Virus record (IMG/VR): IMGVR_UViG_3300027909_000003 | Direction: 5' to 3' (one strand) | DNA length: 64,000 bases | Source: a virus | Translations under genes and position numbers: made by a program | The notes under the pieces: generated by a model | The model's database searches: none | Seen by the model: the letters and a program-made list of their open reading frames with translations, nothing else | What the model was told of the DNA's origin: nothing | Part shown: positions 33,698-42,759 of the stretch, in pieces | How the letters are laid out: every line of letters begins with the position of its first letter | Position numbering within the stretch: position 1 is the stretch's first letter

Positions 33698-35909
33698 TTG
33701 AGCTGTCGCCGTAGAATTCAGACAACTTTACCACCATGTAATTCTTACCAGGACCGAGAGCGTAGCGTGCTAGTACGAAATTAACAATCGTCCCGATGAA
33801 GTAACTTAGTATGCCTGCCTCCAGAGTTATTTTTAGCAACCGACGATCCAGCTTCAGAATGTCAAGAACTAGTTGTGCCAATGCTTGAGCAGCAGCCTGC
33901 TCGTCGATATTGGTAACAATCTCCAGCTCGTCGGCATCAACACTGCGCAACGGGTCTAAGGCTCGTGCCACACGGTGAGGCTTTCCGTAGTCGTTGCGCG
34001 TTGCGAGCGGAACAATTCCAGCAATGTCAGTCGGACTCAGGACTGTGTGATAAGGACGATAGAGCACACGCACCTCACCCACGCGCACACCCATAGGATC
34101 ATCGCGGAACCGACCACCCTTAGTCGGCTCAATTACATCAGTCTTGGTTAGGAATACAGTTGCTGTCTTGCTCTCCGGTGCAGGCGTGCGCCCACAAGTG
34201 ATAGCGCCCACACGGTTCGGCCCCCACCAGGACCAAATGCTTAGGAACACTTCTTGTAGCGCTGCGTCGCGGTTAATCTCGGAATCCCAATAGAATCCAT
34301 TCACAGAACTGTCTGCAGCCAGCAGCGCTGCAAAAGCAGCATCGTCAATATCGCCTGCTGACCAAGAGCAGTACTGTAGAAGGATTTTCTTAGCGATGCC
34401 TGTGACTGTGTGCTGATAGCCGCCAGCTCCGGCGTTATCTCCCTTGATGTCTCCAGTGATTGTGCCAACCGGAGTTGACCCAAGTCTCACCAAACCTTGA
34501 GCAAGACAAGTGTTGTAAGTGCCAGCAGACGGAGCAGAAGCGTAAATGTCAGACACATCGCTGCCAAAAGTAATTGGGTCTCCCTTGTCTCGCATCGCGT
34601 CTACCGCCTGCAGCGGACCGTCACTAAACTGCCAGACGCCATTTTGTGTATCAACCCAGGTCGGAGCAACTTGGCGCCTTACGCCAAATGCTAGAGGCTT
34701 TGGCTTACCCGCTAGGCTGGCATCACCCTCTAGTGTGCCAACCCATTTGATGGCTGCACCGCCAGTGAGTGTGAGCGTACCAGTACCCACTGTCGGAACA
34801 GCCGACGTGCCAGAACCCTCGTTTACTGGATTGTAGTAAGTCAGTCCAGTTTCTGTGGTGTTGAGAATGCTGTTGTAAGCTGAGAGTATTTGATCTGCCG
34901 TGCGAACAACAGACCAAATTCTGATCTCGTCGACCTCGGCATTCAGAAATGTCGCCAGATCTGCGTAGCGCAGTACTCCCATTGTACTCAATACTGTGTT
35001 GAACGTGCCCGTCACCGCCAGCGATCCGTCTAGCACTCCGTCTACGTAGACTTTGAGCAACAGGTTCGGCACATCAAGCGTCATCGACACCATGTGTGCA
35101 GTGCCGAACGTGAATGTAGTAGAACCATCTAGGACGTAGATAGTGCCTGCGTCGTTGCGCACTACCGCCGAAAACTTGTTTGCACCGCCACCCTCAGCTA
35201 CTCCAATCTCCCGGAAGCCAGCGCCTGCTCCATTGCGCCAGCTCACAATCGGACGACCAGCAGTGATGCTTGCCCGCGTCCTGACTCGAGCCTCCAACGT
35301 CATGGACCCTGCTGGCGGTGTAACAGTGCCTGTCATGTAGCCGGCTGTGCCGTCACCACGCACAGCGGCTCCAAAGCCGCCATACTTATGAGGTTGCAGC
35401 GCGCGTTGCAGTTTGAACTTGGCATCACGGAACACAACCAGTGCATCGTCGAGACCTCGAGACACGCCAGAGCCAGAGCCGCGCAGAATTGGAGTGAACT
35501 CCGAGAGTGAGCCATCCTTGGGGCCTAGTAGTACCTGTGTGTCGATGCCGAGCCAATCCAGACCCATGTCCACATCTCGCAAAGCGTCGCCATTATTCAA
35601 CACAACAGCACCGATGCCAGCTTGCGTACTCCCTGCCAGCGTCGGTACTGAGAGACTAACAGTGAAGTCTCCTGGGCGACGAATCGCTGGATGAAAATGC
35701 TTGTAAGGACTATCAGTTGGTAGAGAAACGTAGCCACCACCAGAGAGATCAACAGGATTTCCAAATCCGAGCGCATCCTTTGGTTCTGCACGTAGCAAGA
35801 ACTCGCGCTTGGCCTCTGGGTCAGAGAGCAGACCAGTCAAAGGATCTGCGACCGACAATGACCCAGTAAACCCTCCGAGTGGAAACTCGCCAAGAGCTCC
35901 GTCTGCCAT
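33663..35909 (-). CDS. Large distal tail (host-specificity-type) protein with a LamG/concanavalin-like lectin domain
   Basis: 748 aa immediately after the tape measure. The central block (…MTLEARVRT…IVSWRNG…HMVSMTLD…LKVYVDGVLDG…VDEIRIWSVVRTADQI) is typical of Laminin_G_3/LamG domains. Confidence 0.6.
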   Translation of the reverse strand: MADGALGEFPLGGFTGSLSVADPLTGLLSDPEAKREFLLRAEPKDALGFGNPVDLSGGGYVSLPTDSPYKHFHPAIRRPGDFTVSLSVPTLAGSTQAGIGAVVLNNGDALRDVDMGLDWLGIDTQVLLGPKDGSLSEFTPILRGSGSGVSRGLDDALVVFRDAKFKLQRALQPHKYGGFGAAVRGDGTAGYMTGTVTPPAGSMTLEARVRTRASITAGRPIVSWRNGAGAGFREIGVAEGGGANKFSAVVRNDAGTIYVLDGSTTFTFGTAHMVSMTLDVPNLLLKVYVDGVLDGSLAVTGTFNTVLSTMGVLRYADLATFLNAEVDEIRIWSVVRTADQILSAYNSILNTTETGLTYYNPVNEGSGTSAVPTVGTGTLTLTGGAAIKWVGTLEGDASLAGKPKPLAFGVRRQVAPTWVDTQNGVWQFSDGPLQAVDAMRDKGDPITFGSDVSDIYASAPSAGTYNTCLAQGLVRLGSTPVGTITGDIKGDNAGAGGYQHTVTGIAKKILLQYCSWSAGDIDDAAFAALLAADSSVNGFYWDSEINRDAALQEVFLSIWSWWGPNRVGAITCGRTPAPESKTATVFLTKTDVIEPTKGGRFRDDPMGVRVGEVRVLYRPYHTVLSPTDIAGIVPLATRNDYGKPHRVARALDPLRSVDADELEIVTNIDEQAAAQALAQLVLDILKLDRRLLKITLEAGILSYFIGTIVNFVLARYALGPGKNYMVVKLSEFYGDSSSADRVEVDLFG

Positions 35910-35910
35910 C

Positions 35911-38900
35911 TTACCTGCTGTCCATCACAGTTCTTTTGGTTGTCATCATAGTGGTTTCCATCAACTGAAGACGCTCATTCAAAATTTGCTGATGAGTTGA
36001 AATGTTCCCTAGTTCGTCTACCATTGCGTGCATTGTTGTGAGCTGTTCTGTGCCAACCGCGACGGTTGCCGCGAACCCAGTGTTAGTCGCCTGAATCTGC
36101 TGCTGTGTGCCAGCGTTGAATAGGGTGCTTGTAAGCAAGTTGTCGTCATGCGCAGTTGTTATACCAAGCAAACCTTGCAAGTCGGTCTGAATGTTCGGGA
36201 ATTCTGCAGCGAGCAGCGCTGGTGAGAAGCTAGCCAACGCAGCAAGGTAGTCGCGGCCGACATCATCGATTGCTTCCATAGCAAATATGTCGCCAGTGCG
36301 GGCAAGATCTCGCGTCTGCTGGTACAGTGCTTGCTGTGCCTCGAATGCCTGCCTAGCAGAGACTACGCCATGGGCGCCAGTGGCCATTTCATTGAGCAGG
36401 TCACGGATGCCATCTTGGGCCTCGATCAATCTGCGCGCAAGATCGCTGAGCCCAGTTGCCACTTCACCGACAGCACTGCTAAAGTCTTCCATCTGCGGGA
36501 AGAACGTACTGCCCTCAAAGCTGGCGTCACGGATCCATCCAAGAAGATCAGACAGCGTGAACGAGAGACCTTCGAATGCGCCTGCCGCAGCCAGGGCCAA
36601 TGCGGCAGACATTGCCTGCGCCTGTGCCAGTGCGAACTGGGCGTGCGCCAATTCAAGCACCACCTTAGTCGGTAGTCGCACACCGAGAGACTCCAACGAG
36701 CCAAGGAACTCGGCACCGATTTGACGTGCCGCGATGCTTTGTGCCTTGTCAAGCTTTTCGATATCCTCAGCTAGGAAGTCAGTCGACCGCCCTGCAGCGC
36801 GAGCCTCGTCGGCGAGCTTGCGCAACGCCTCGCGGCTCTTCTCGAACGCGGCCAGCATGTCGATAAGTCCACGCTGCGAGCTGCCGATACCGGCAGCTGC
36901 GTCAAGCGCTGCACGGTGGGGGGCCATTGCAGCATCGCGGCCCTGCTCAATGAGTTGATCAGCTTGCTTCTCATATTCTGCAGTGAGAGATGCTATCATG
37001 CCAGCAGCAACATCAGCCGCAAATCCCCCGTCTGCAACCTCCTTGAGCAATATCTCCAGACTCTTGCTGAGCTGTGCCAGAGGATCCTGACCCACACCAA
37101 GGAATTGATTGACGCGATCACGAATCCCCTGCCTGATCTCTGCTTGCCGACGCGCCACCTCTGCCAAACCTTGCGCTATGAGCGCGGCAGACTGCGCTGC
37201 ACTGAACCCAGCATCCTTGACTCGTTTCTTGAATTCCTCCAACCAGAAGCCGGTGTCTGCGAGTTGGCGCGTAATGTCGCTGGCGCCAAACAATCCTGCC
37301 TCTTGCAGGATGTCAGCGCGCGATTGGCGTTGTGCATCGCCTCGCCCAGATCTAGGACCACGTCCTGCGTCTCTGCGCGCAGCCGCCAACGCATCGTCGA
37401 ACATCGTGGCGAACTCTTCCCACTTACCAAGAGCGACCAACTGCGCCTTGATGGCTGCGAATTCAATCTCCACCTTCATCAAGGCGTACTTGTGAGCTTC
37501 TGCTGCATATTTTCCGCTGCTCTGCAAGTATTTGTACAGAGCATCAAAGATGCCCATGTTAATCTCTTGATCAGAGAGTGCAACAGGGATCTTATCTAGC
37601 TCTGCAACGTAGCGGTCAACCTCGGCCTGCAATCGAGCGATAGCAGCATCAAACTCCTCCTGAGTCTGAATGTGCGATTCGCCAAGCGCGCGATTGACAG
37701 TGGTCCGTGGGCCTGCAGCAACAGCAGCTTCCAGATCGGCGCGAGCACGGTCTACTGCCTGGCTTGCAATGGCTCCAGCAGTATCACCCAGCTCAGCGAT
37801 GCCGCGCTGGAAGCTAGCTAGATTAGCGATGGCATCTGACGCCGCAGTATCAACACCCAGCAGGTTATTCTTGAGTGCTGCAGCCTCACGATCTCGCTTC
37901 GCAATTGTGGCATCAATCGAAAGACCCAATGCTTGCAGAGAAGCGACCTCAGCAACAGACGAACGGAAGATATCATACAATGCGCTACCAGATTCGCCGA
38001 GCCTCGCGTGAACAGCAGCCAATGCTGTGTCAATGTTCTTTTGGAATTCGTCCAGCTTCGTAGCTGTCGAATTCTTAATGGCGGTTACTATCTCAGAGCT
38101 GAGTCCGATGTTCGGTGCAGCCTTAATCGCTTGGATGGTAGCGAATTCGAACGCTGCCTCCATGTCCTTGCCGAAATTGACAACAGCACCATCGATCAAC
38201 CTGACTAGCCACTGTGTATGCTTACCCTGACCCTTCTTGGTGATGGACATATTGCCCATCTCCTGCTTGGTCAGGTCCAACTCACCTCCGAGCGCAGTCA
38301 GGAAGTCGCGGACGTTCTTCATCACCCCCTGAATCTGAGAAAGCACCACAGCCATCGAGTGCGACGCATTTGCCGAGCTGCCGCCCTGCGGATTGGTCAT
38401 CGAGCCGGGCATGCCTGAGGTATACATGCCCTGCGGACCGCCGAAGAAGATGTCCTGTGAGGCGCGCGGCGTGCCAGCTTTCGCCATTTTATTGAAGGCG
38501 ATGAGAGCGACAGCCAGGAACGCTGCTGCCCAGCCTGCACCAGCTGCAGCTCCGCTGCTACTGCCTCCCGCCGCTACAGCGCCGGAAGAACTTGTACCTG
38601 AGGCTCCTAGGCCTGAGTAACCAGCAGTGCCAAACCCAGTACTGCCGCCCACTGCCCCGCCGCCGGCAGAGCCGCCGCCGAACATCCGCATGATGCTGCT
38701 CATCCACCCGCCGCCACCTCCGCCGCCGCCGCCACTACCACTGTCCGCCGCCTTGCGAATTGCAGCTTGCTGAATGGTGATCGCGGTCTTTAGCAACTCG
38801 CCCTTCAGCCAATTCGTGACGATCTCCGCCACCATGTTCGCGATGATGTTGATGAGTCGATCGACAAGGGACTCCATGATTGCTTCGCCATCAATGGCCC

Positions 38901-40611
38901 CTTCCTTAAGGCCCTGTGCGATGGCATCGCCGAACGCGTCTCCAACTGCTCCCGCAGCTGCCATCCCAGCCTGCATATATGACTGGAAGACATTATCGAC
39001 CAACACCTCCTGCGCCATGATCATCTGGTTCAGGTGATCCTGCGCCGATCCTGCCTTGACAATCTCCTCTGTGATGTCGGCCTGTATGCGATTGTTCTTT
39101 GCGAGCCATGCATCCATGACCTCGGTGGACACACCGAGCTTGATCATTCTCTGCCTAGCCAACTCGATGTTGACTGCAAACTGCTCGCTGTCACTCAAGC
39201 TCTCAAACCAGAAGTCGAATTTGCTCTTAGCTAGCTCCTTGCTCACGCCGGTGAGAGATGCAATGTCTACTCCCTTACCAGCCTTTTCAATGAAATCCTT
39301 CAGACGGGCGAATTTGTCACCGGCCAGTTTCGCATTTAGAGCCAGCTGCACAAGCTGTGCAATTGTCTTTGCTGAAGCGTCAGGGAACTGCTTCATTACA
39401 GCTACAAGAGCTTCAGAGAATTCAACCGACTTGCCACTAGCTAATGACTCAAGCCCAGCATTTATCGCCACTACCTCAGCAGAAGCTTGCTTGAAAGCTG
39501 CAGCAAGCGCTTCACCTGCAGCCTTCTCTTCCTCGGAGAGTCGAACAAGACCATCACCAGTGATGTTGGCTGCCCTGCCAAGGGCTAGCTGCGCATCAAC
39601 TTGCGCAAGTATTTGCTTGACGATATCAGACCCAATAGTTCGTTCCATTGCATTGAAGGACGCGTCCAGTGCAGAACGTGTCTTTCGTTGCGCACCCTCC
39701 ATCTTATCAAACATGGCCACAAGCGCCAGCCCCGCAGGGCCGGCGAGAATGGCCATTGACTTGCCCGCGTTCAGAATCTGCAAATCAAGATCGATCCACG
39801 CGTCAACAAGACTATGAATCTTCTTTACAATATCCAGCACACCAACATCAACCGTCATCCAGAATTTGTGCCAGTTATCGTTGATCTTGTCAATAGCTTT
39901 GACCGCTAACTCAACTCCTGCACGAAATTGTCCTGTGGAATCTTTTCCAATAGTCTCGAGCAGTCTATCCCATGAATTCTTTAGCGCAGTTAAGGATCCT
40001 CCCATTGTGTTACGCATGGCAGCTGCAGCGCCAGCGTATTTAACAGCAAGTGCATCGAGCAATACTCCTTGCGCCTTGATGAGCTCCCCATGGGCCATCA
40101 AGTGCTTAACCTGCTCTTTTTGCTCGTCAGTTAAAGTGACGTTCGTTCTGCGCAGCAATGTGAGCCCACGAATTGGGTCGTCTATCGAACGACCTAGACT
40201 TTCCATCGCGCTAGCAACATCACTACCAGTAGCAGCAGCCATATCCATGGCCGCTTGTGTTACGCGCGGGAAGACCTCGTTTCCTATGTGGGTGAATCGC
40301 AGCGCTATTGTTTGTGCCTGAACAATCGCATTGTCTGTAAATGTAGAAACGCGAGACAATGCATCTGCTTGGCCTTCCAAAGCCTCAGCAACACCTTCAC
40401 TTGCATTCCGGGTAGAATGAAGAACTGCTACCAATCTGGCATGGTCATTAGCATCCTCGATCACCTCCTGAGAGATGTCGTTGAACAATTTGATCGTGGC
40501 ACCTGCAACAGCAGCAAACGACAGCATGCCGCTGATAGTCTTCGCCATGTTCGCCGTGAACTGATCATTCAGGCGAATTGTTCCTTCGATTATGCCAATG
40601 CTAGTGCTCAT
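35911..40611 (-). CDS. Tail tape measure protein (1566 aa)
   Basis: Size, position after the G/T chaperones, Ala-rich helical composition, internal hydrophobic and Gly-rich segment (SGSGGGGGGGGWMSSIMRMFGGGSAGGG). Confidence 0.85.
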   Translation of the reverse strand: MSTSIGIIEGTIRLNDQFTANMAKTISGMLSFAAVAGATIKLFNDISQEVIEDANDHARLVAVLHSTRNASEGVAEALEGQADALSRVSTFTDNAIVQAQTIALRFTHIGNEVFPRVTQAAMDMAAATGSDVASAMESLGRSIDDPIRGLTLLRRTNVTLTDEQKEQVKHLMAHGELIKAQGVLLDALAVKYAGAAAAMRNTMGGSLTALKNSWDRLLETIGKDSTGQFRAGVELAVKAIDKINDNWHKFWMTVDVGVLDIVKKIHSLVDAWIDLDLQILNAGKSMAILAGPAGLALVAMFDKMEGAQRKTRSALDASFNAMERTIGSDIVKQILAQVDAQLALGRAANITGDGLVRLSEEEKAAGEALAAAFKQASAEVVAINAGLESLASGKSVEFSEALVAVMKQFPDASAKTIAQLVQLALNAKLAGDKFARLKDFIEKAGKGVDIASLTGVSKELAKSKFDFWFESLSDSEQFAVNIELARQRMIKLGVSTEVMDAWLAKNNRIQADITEEIVKAGSAQDHLNQMIMAQEVLVDNVFQSYMQAGMAAAGAVGDAFGDAIAQGLKEGAIDGEAIMESLVDRLINIIANMVAEIVTNWLKGELLKTAITIQQAAIRKAADSGSGGGGGGGGGWMSSIMRMFGGGSAGGGAVGGSTGFGTAGYSGLGASGTSSSGAVAAGGSSSGAAAGAGWAAAFLAVALIAFNKMAKAGTPRASQDIFFGGPQGMYTSGMPGSMTNPQGGSSANASHSMAVVLSQIQGVMKNVRDFLTALGGELDLTKQEMGNMSITKKGQGKHTQWLVRLIDGAVVNFGKDMEAAFEFATIQAIKAAPNIGLSSEIVTAIKNSTATKLDEFQKNIDTALAAVHARLGESGSALYDIFRSSVAEVASLQALGLSIDATIAKRDREAAALKNNLLGVDTAASDAIANLASFQRGIAELGDTAGAIASQAVDRARADLEAAVAAGPRTTVNRALGESHIQTQEEFDAAIARLQAEVDRYVAELDKIPVALSDQEINMGIFDALYKYLQSSGKYAAEAHKYALMKVEIEFAAIKAQLVALGKWEEFATMFDDALAAARRDAGRGPRSGRGDAQRQSRADILQEAGLFGASDITRQLADTGFWLEEFKKRVKDAGFSAAQSAALIAQGLAEVARRQAEIRQGIRDRVNQFLGVGQDPLAQLSKSLEILLKEVADGGFAADVAAGMIASLTAEYEKQADQLIEQGRDAAMAPHRAALDAAAGIGSSQRGLIDMLAAFEKSREALRKLADEARAAGRSTDFLAEDIEKLDKAQSIAARQIGAEFLGSLESLGVRLPTKVVLELAHAQFALAQAQAMSAALALAAAGAFEGLSFTLSDLLGWIRDASFEGSTFFPQMEDFSSAVGEVATGLSDLARRLIEAQDGIRDLLNEMATGAHGVVSARQAFEAQQALYQQTRDLARTGDIFAMEAIDDVGRDYLAALASFSPALLAAEFPNIQTDLQGLLGITTAHDDNLLTSTLFNAGTQQQIQATNTGFAATVAVGTEQLTTMHAMVDELGNISTHQQILNERLQLMETTMMTTKRTVMDSR

Positions 40612-40907
40612 GCGACTGGCTTTCTACCTTCTTTCATCATTGCCTTGAATGAATCAAATCTCTCACGTGCTTGTAGCGCAGCTTCTTCTGGGGACAGTGG
40701 TTTCTTATTTTCTACTTCCTTCGGCACAAACTTGAGTGCACAGTCCTGTGGTGTAAGTTGCTTGGCTCCTCGTCGAGCATTGACGTTATAGATTGCTGCA
40801 GCAATGCTCCCAGACCGCAAGTCGTCGCGCTCCTCGCCGAATGGTTCCAACTGAAAGTATTCCAACCATGATAGCAATTGATCTAATGAGCCAGGCTCAG
40901 CCAACAA
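40608..40907 (-). CDS. Tail assembly chaperone T-segment (probably expressed as a G-T fusion by -1 frameshifting)
   Basis: This reading frame is the -1 frame relative to the upstream chaperone ORF. By my manual translation it stays open upstream of 40907 through the stop of ORF 40928..41365. Confidence 0.55.
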   Translation of the reverse strand: MLAEPGSLDQLLSWLEYFQLEPFGEERDDLRSGSIAAAIYNVNARRGAKQLTPQDCALKFVPKEVENKKPLSPEEAALQARERFDSFKAMMKEGRKPVA

Positions 40908-40927
40908 TTTTTCAACGTGCCATATTC

Positions 40928-41365
40928 CTAGCTGGGCGCAGGCTCGGTATGCGAAGCGGAGGAGTCCGCTTCGCGCGATGCGTTTGGGAGCTCAACACCT
41001 CCGCTGCTAGTAATCGCCTTCATGATTGCAACCAACTGAAACGAAGGTGCCTTCTGTAGCTCATCGACGCTGCTGAACATCGGAGACCCATCAGGGTTAA
41101 CCAGATGCTTTTGAAGAAACTCCACCATACGCTCGATGTGCTTTCCGTTTCCTCCAGCTGCGTCAATTTGCTGAGCCTCGGCATGTTCACTCTGAAACTT
41201 GATCATTGCTGCTGCCGAGATAGGAGTAAAGCAGACCATACCGGTCTGACCATTCTTGAAGAATCCTGGCACCTCCACCTGGCGGACATCGCTATCACCA
41301 CCACGAATGATGTCTGCTGCAGAGAGCATGGGATTCGTGCGGTCTTGAGACTTCTTGTTAGACAT
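40928..41365 (-). CDS. Tail assembly chaperone (gpG-like)
   Basis: 145 aa between the major tail protein and the tape measure, with an acidic C-terminus. Confidence 0.6.
   Translation of the reverse strand: MSNKKSQDRTNPMLSAADIIRGGDSDVRQVEVPGFFKNGQTGMVCFTPISAAAMIKFQSEHAEAQQIDAAGGNGKHIERMVEFLQKHLVNPDGSPMFSSVDELQKAPSFQLVAIMKAITSSGGVELPNASREADSSASHTEPAPS
40982..40988 (-). promoter_or_regulatory. Candidate -1 programmed frameshift slippery heptamer C CCA AAC
   Basis: Plus-strand gtttggg is CCCAAAC on the minus strand, in register X XXY YYZ with the chaperone frame (ctc cca aac), 17 codons before its stop. Confidence 0.5.
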
Positions 41366-41394
41366 TACCTTTTGTTCCTGTACTAGCAGGTTAC

Positions 41395-41877
41395 TTAGGA
41401 GAACAGCACGCCATCAATCTTGACGAACGGCTCGGTGAAAGACACCGTAACATCAACCTTGCGAACGCCAGCACCCTCAGGAGCACTGTCCTTCCATGAA
41501 GTGATCTCGCCGGTCTGGATCACCTCATCTACGCCAGCCGCTCCACTCGGCCCCCAGTAGCGCCAGCCACGACGACGAAGCGCCGTGGTATTCGCAAGGT
41601 ATGCCGCGCGCATCGCTACATGCACAGCAACCGAAGGGTCGTAGTTGATCGAGAAGGTCTGATCTTCTCGCTCAACAGGACCGGTGACTGCACTGTTGAT
41701 GTTCGCGCCGTGCGGCGTGAACTTGGTGGTGGCTCGCGTGCCAGAGAATCCAAGGATGTCGCCCTGGATACCTGGAACACTTGTGAATGTGCCACTCACA
41801 GGTGCTGCGATTACTCCTGCGACTACAGATCCTGACTCGAAAGCCAGTGTCGCATAGTGGCCAGATTCCACGCTCAT
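41395..41877 (-). CDS. Major tail (tube) protein
   Basis: 160 aa; canonical position upstream of the chaperones, with beta-rich composition. Confidence 0.6.
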   Translation of the reverse strand: MSVESGHYATLAFESGSVVAGVIAAPVSGTFTSVPGIQGDILGFSGTRATTKFTPHGANINSAVTGPVEREDQTFSINYDPSVAVHVAMRAAYLANTTALRRRGWRYWGPSGAAGVDEVIQTGEITSWKDSAPEGAGVRKVDVTVSFTEPFVKIDGVLFS

Positions 41878-41896
41878 AGCTCTCTCCTTTCGTGGC

Positions 41897-42310
41897 TCAT
41901 GCGGCCACTGTTATATTGAAATTTCCATCAAGCGCAGCATATACGGCATTTGCTCGCGCTTCTGCGACAGCATAGTTTGTTGCTGTAATGACCAACTGTG
42001 CTGACAATCGTTTGAATTTAGTTGCACCAATTCCATGCGGCCTAATTGGTGCAGTACCACCAGTATTGATCACAGAAATGAATGGTCCTGCGCCAGCAGG
42101 GAGTGCGACACCAGGGCCGGAGAAGATGTCTGTTCCAAAAGTGCCTAGACCAGCAGTGTTAAGTATCTTCACGATACACAGCACCCAAGAGGCTACTGGC
42201 TCTTGAGCCACAGCACTAAAGTTGACAGAAAACTGATTACGATTTTGCCCATCAAGCCCAATTGGAAATGGTTCCTGGTTTGCAGTGATAGAGAGGAAGC
42301 GAGTGCTCAT
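41897..42310 (-). CDS. Tail terminator / head-tail joining protein (DUF3168-like)
   Basis: 137 aa; assigned by position between the gp10-like and tail tube genes. Confidence 0.45.
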   Translation of the reverse strand: MSTRFLSITANQEPFPIGLDGQNRNQFSVNFSAVAQEPVASWVLCIVKILNTAGLGTFGTDIFSGPGVALPAGAGPFISVINTGGTAPIRPHGIGATKFKRLSAQLVITATNYAVAEARANAVYAALDGNFNITVAA

Positions 42311-42759
42311 TCTTCCACCTCGACACTAGCTTTTTCCTTCGCAACGCGCGCAGCAACTCGCTCAGCCATACCAGGTATGGCTTCCATGAGTGGACGCTCT
42401 AGGTACTTCGGACCAGTACCAGGAGGATTGAATGTGATTGTCTTTCCTTCCCAGCTAGGAGGACTGGAACCAGAAGGGTGTTCATGAACTGCAGTCGCAT
42501 AAGCTGCTGCCGCACCACCGAAACCCAACACAACAGAGAAAGCAGTACCTCTACGCGCTGGCTTAGACACAAAGCCGCTGTTGCGCAATGTGCCACCCAT
42601 CTCCTCTGCGACCGGTGTTACTTTTTTTGCGGCTGTCATTACGAACTGTGCTTCCTTATATAACGCGCGCTCGATCTTGTCAGGGAACTCTTTTTGTATT
42701 GCCTTGATCTTCGCGCGCATCTCCTTGATGCCTTTGAAGACGATGCTAGCAGCCCCCAC
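42307..42759 (-). CDS. HK97 gp10-family head-tail joining protein
   Basis: KEFPDKIERALYKEAQFVMTAAKKVTPV..GTLRNSG resembles HK97 gp10-family N-termini. Confidence 0.55.
   Translation of the reverse strand: MGAASIVFKGIKEMRAKIKAIQKEFPDKIERALYKEAQFVMTAAKKVTPVAEEMGGTLRNSGFVSKPARRGTAFSVVLGFGGAAAAYATAVHEHPSGSSPPSWEGKTITFNPPGTGPKYLERPLMEAIPGMAERVAARVAKEKASVEVEE

Noticed and set aside
36287-40321. Numerous 60-250-aa ORFs on both strands inside the tape measure gene
   Set aside because: They are nested in a 1566-aa uninterrupted minus-strand ORF with typical TMP features, so they are shadow frames.
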